DNA of 6,141 nt. Origin: Octopus sinensis. Taxonomy: Eukaryota. The notes beneath the pieces were generated by a model. It did not search any database, was not told the origin of the DNA, and saw only the letters and a program-made list of their open reading frames with translations. The DNA is taken from assembly GCF_006345805.1 (NCBI RefSeq), contig NW_021829432.1, positions 1 to 6,141 on the forward strand. The letters run 5' to 3'. Positions 5,845-6,141 of the stretch are shown piece by piece. The position numbers were made by a program, and so were the translations under genes. Within the stretch, counting starts at the first letter, position 1. Each line of letters begins with the position of its first letter.

Positions 5845-6141
5845 TTTGTTCCTTCTCGAGTCATGCCTGGATCATAAGGGCCGGTTTCCCGGTTTCCTCG
5901 GCGTATAGGTTCCCCACCTGGACGGGACGCCGGTCCATCGCAGGTGAGCTACAAGATGCAGGAGGAAAGAGAGAGAAAGTTGTGGCGAAAGAGTCAGCAG
6001 AAGTTCGCCATTACCTTCTGCCGGAGCCGCGTGGAGCTTAGGTGTTTCGCTCATTAACACACACATCGCCCGGTCTGAGATTCGAACCTGCAATCCCTCG
6101 ATCGCAGGTCCACTGCTCTAACCACTAGGCCATGTGTCCTC
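5845..6141 (-). mobile_element. tRNA-derived SINE family C with a tRNA-Arg-like head
   Basis: Minus strand: A box TGGCCTAGTGG (6122-6132) and B box GGTTCGAATCT (6078-6088). GATCGAGGGATTGCAGGTTCGAATC resembles the tRNA-Arg variable/T arm. The body contains CCTGCGATGGACCGGCGTCCCGTCCAGG and ends in a tetranucleotide tail. Confidence 0.85.

Noticed and set aside
5745-6093. 98-aa and 73-aa ORFs
   Set aside because: They lie within a SINE and its microsatellite tail.
6070-6141. tRNA gene (also 4903-4960 and 3455-3545)
   Set aside because: A/B boxes are present, but I could not fold a complete cloverleaf and each continues into a SINE body.

Overview
AT-rich eukaryotic non-coding DNA made almost entirely of repeats, with no intact host gene. 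The SINE families and microsatellite density look like octopus (coleoid cephalopod) DNA; this is recognition from memory, not a search result. The most notable feature is a 5'-truncated Penelope-like retroelement (PLE) at 1451-2560. It abuts a (TA)n tract, encodes a frameshifted Cys-rich linker plus a GIY-YIG endonuclease of the CCHH-less type (resembling the Hydra clade), and is flanked by ~245-bp inverted pseudo-LTR arms. Each arm carries a type I hammerhead-ribozyme-like fold with a non-canonical core. The first 1.5 kb also holds a second copy of this PLE's terminus, two small fold-back inserts in microsatellites and a half-hammerhead remnant. The rest contains full or partial copies of three tRNA-derived SINE families (one copy has a perfect 13-bp target-site duplication), a 641-bp punctuated (ACT)n array and a decayed Tc1 transposase. 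PLEs, hammerheads, SINEs and Tc1 are all known classes. What may be undescribed is this family, its variant ribozyme core and the cluster of fold-back inserts. All alignments, counts and folds were done by hand.
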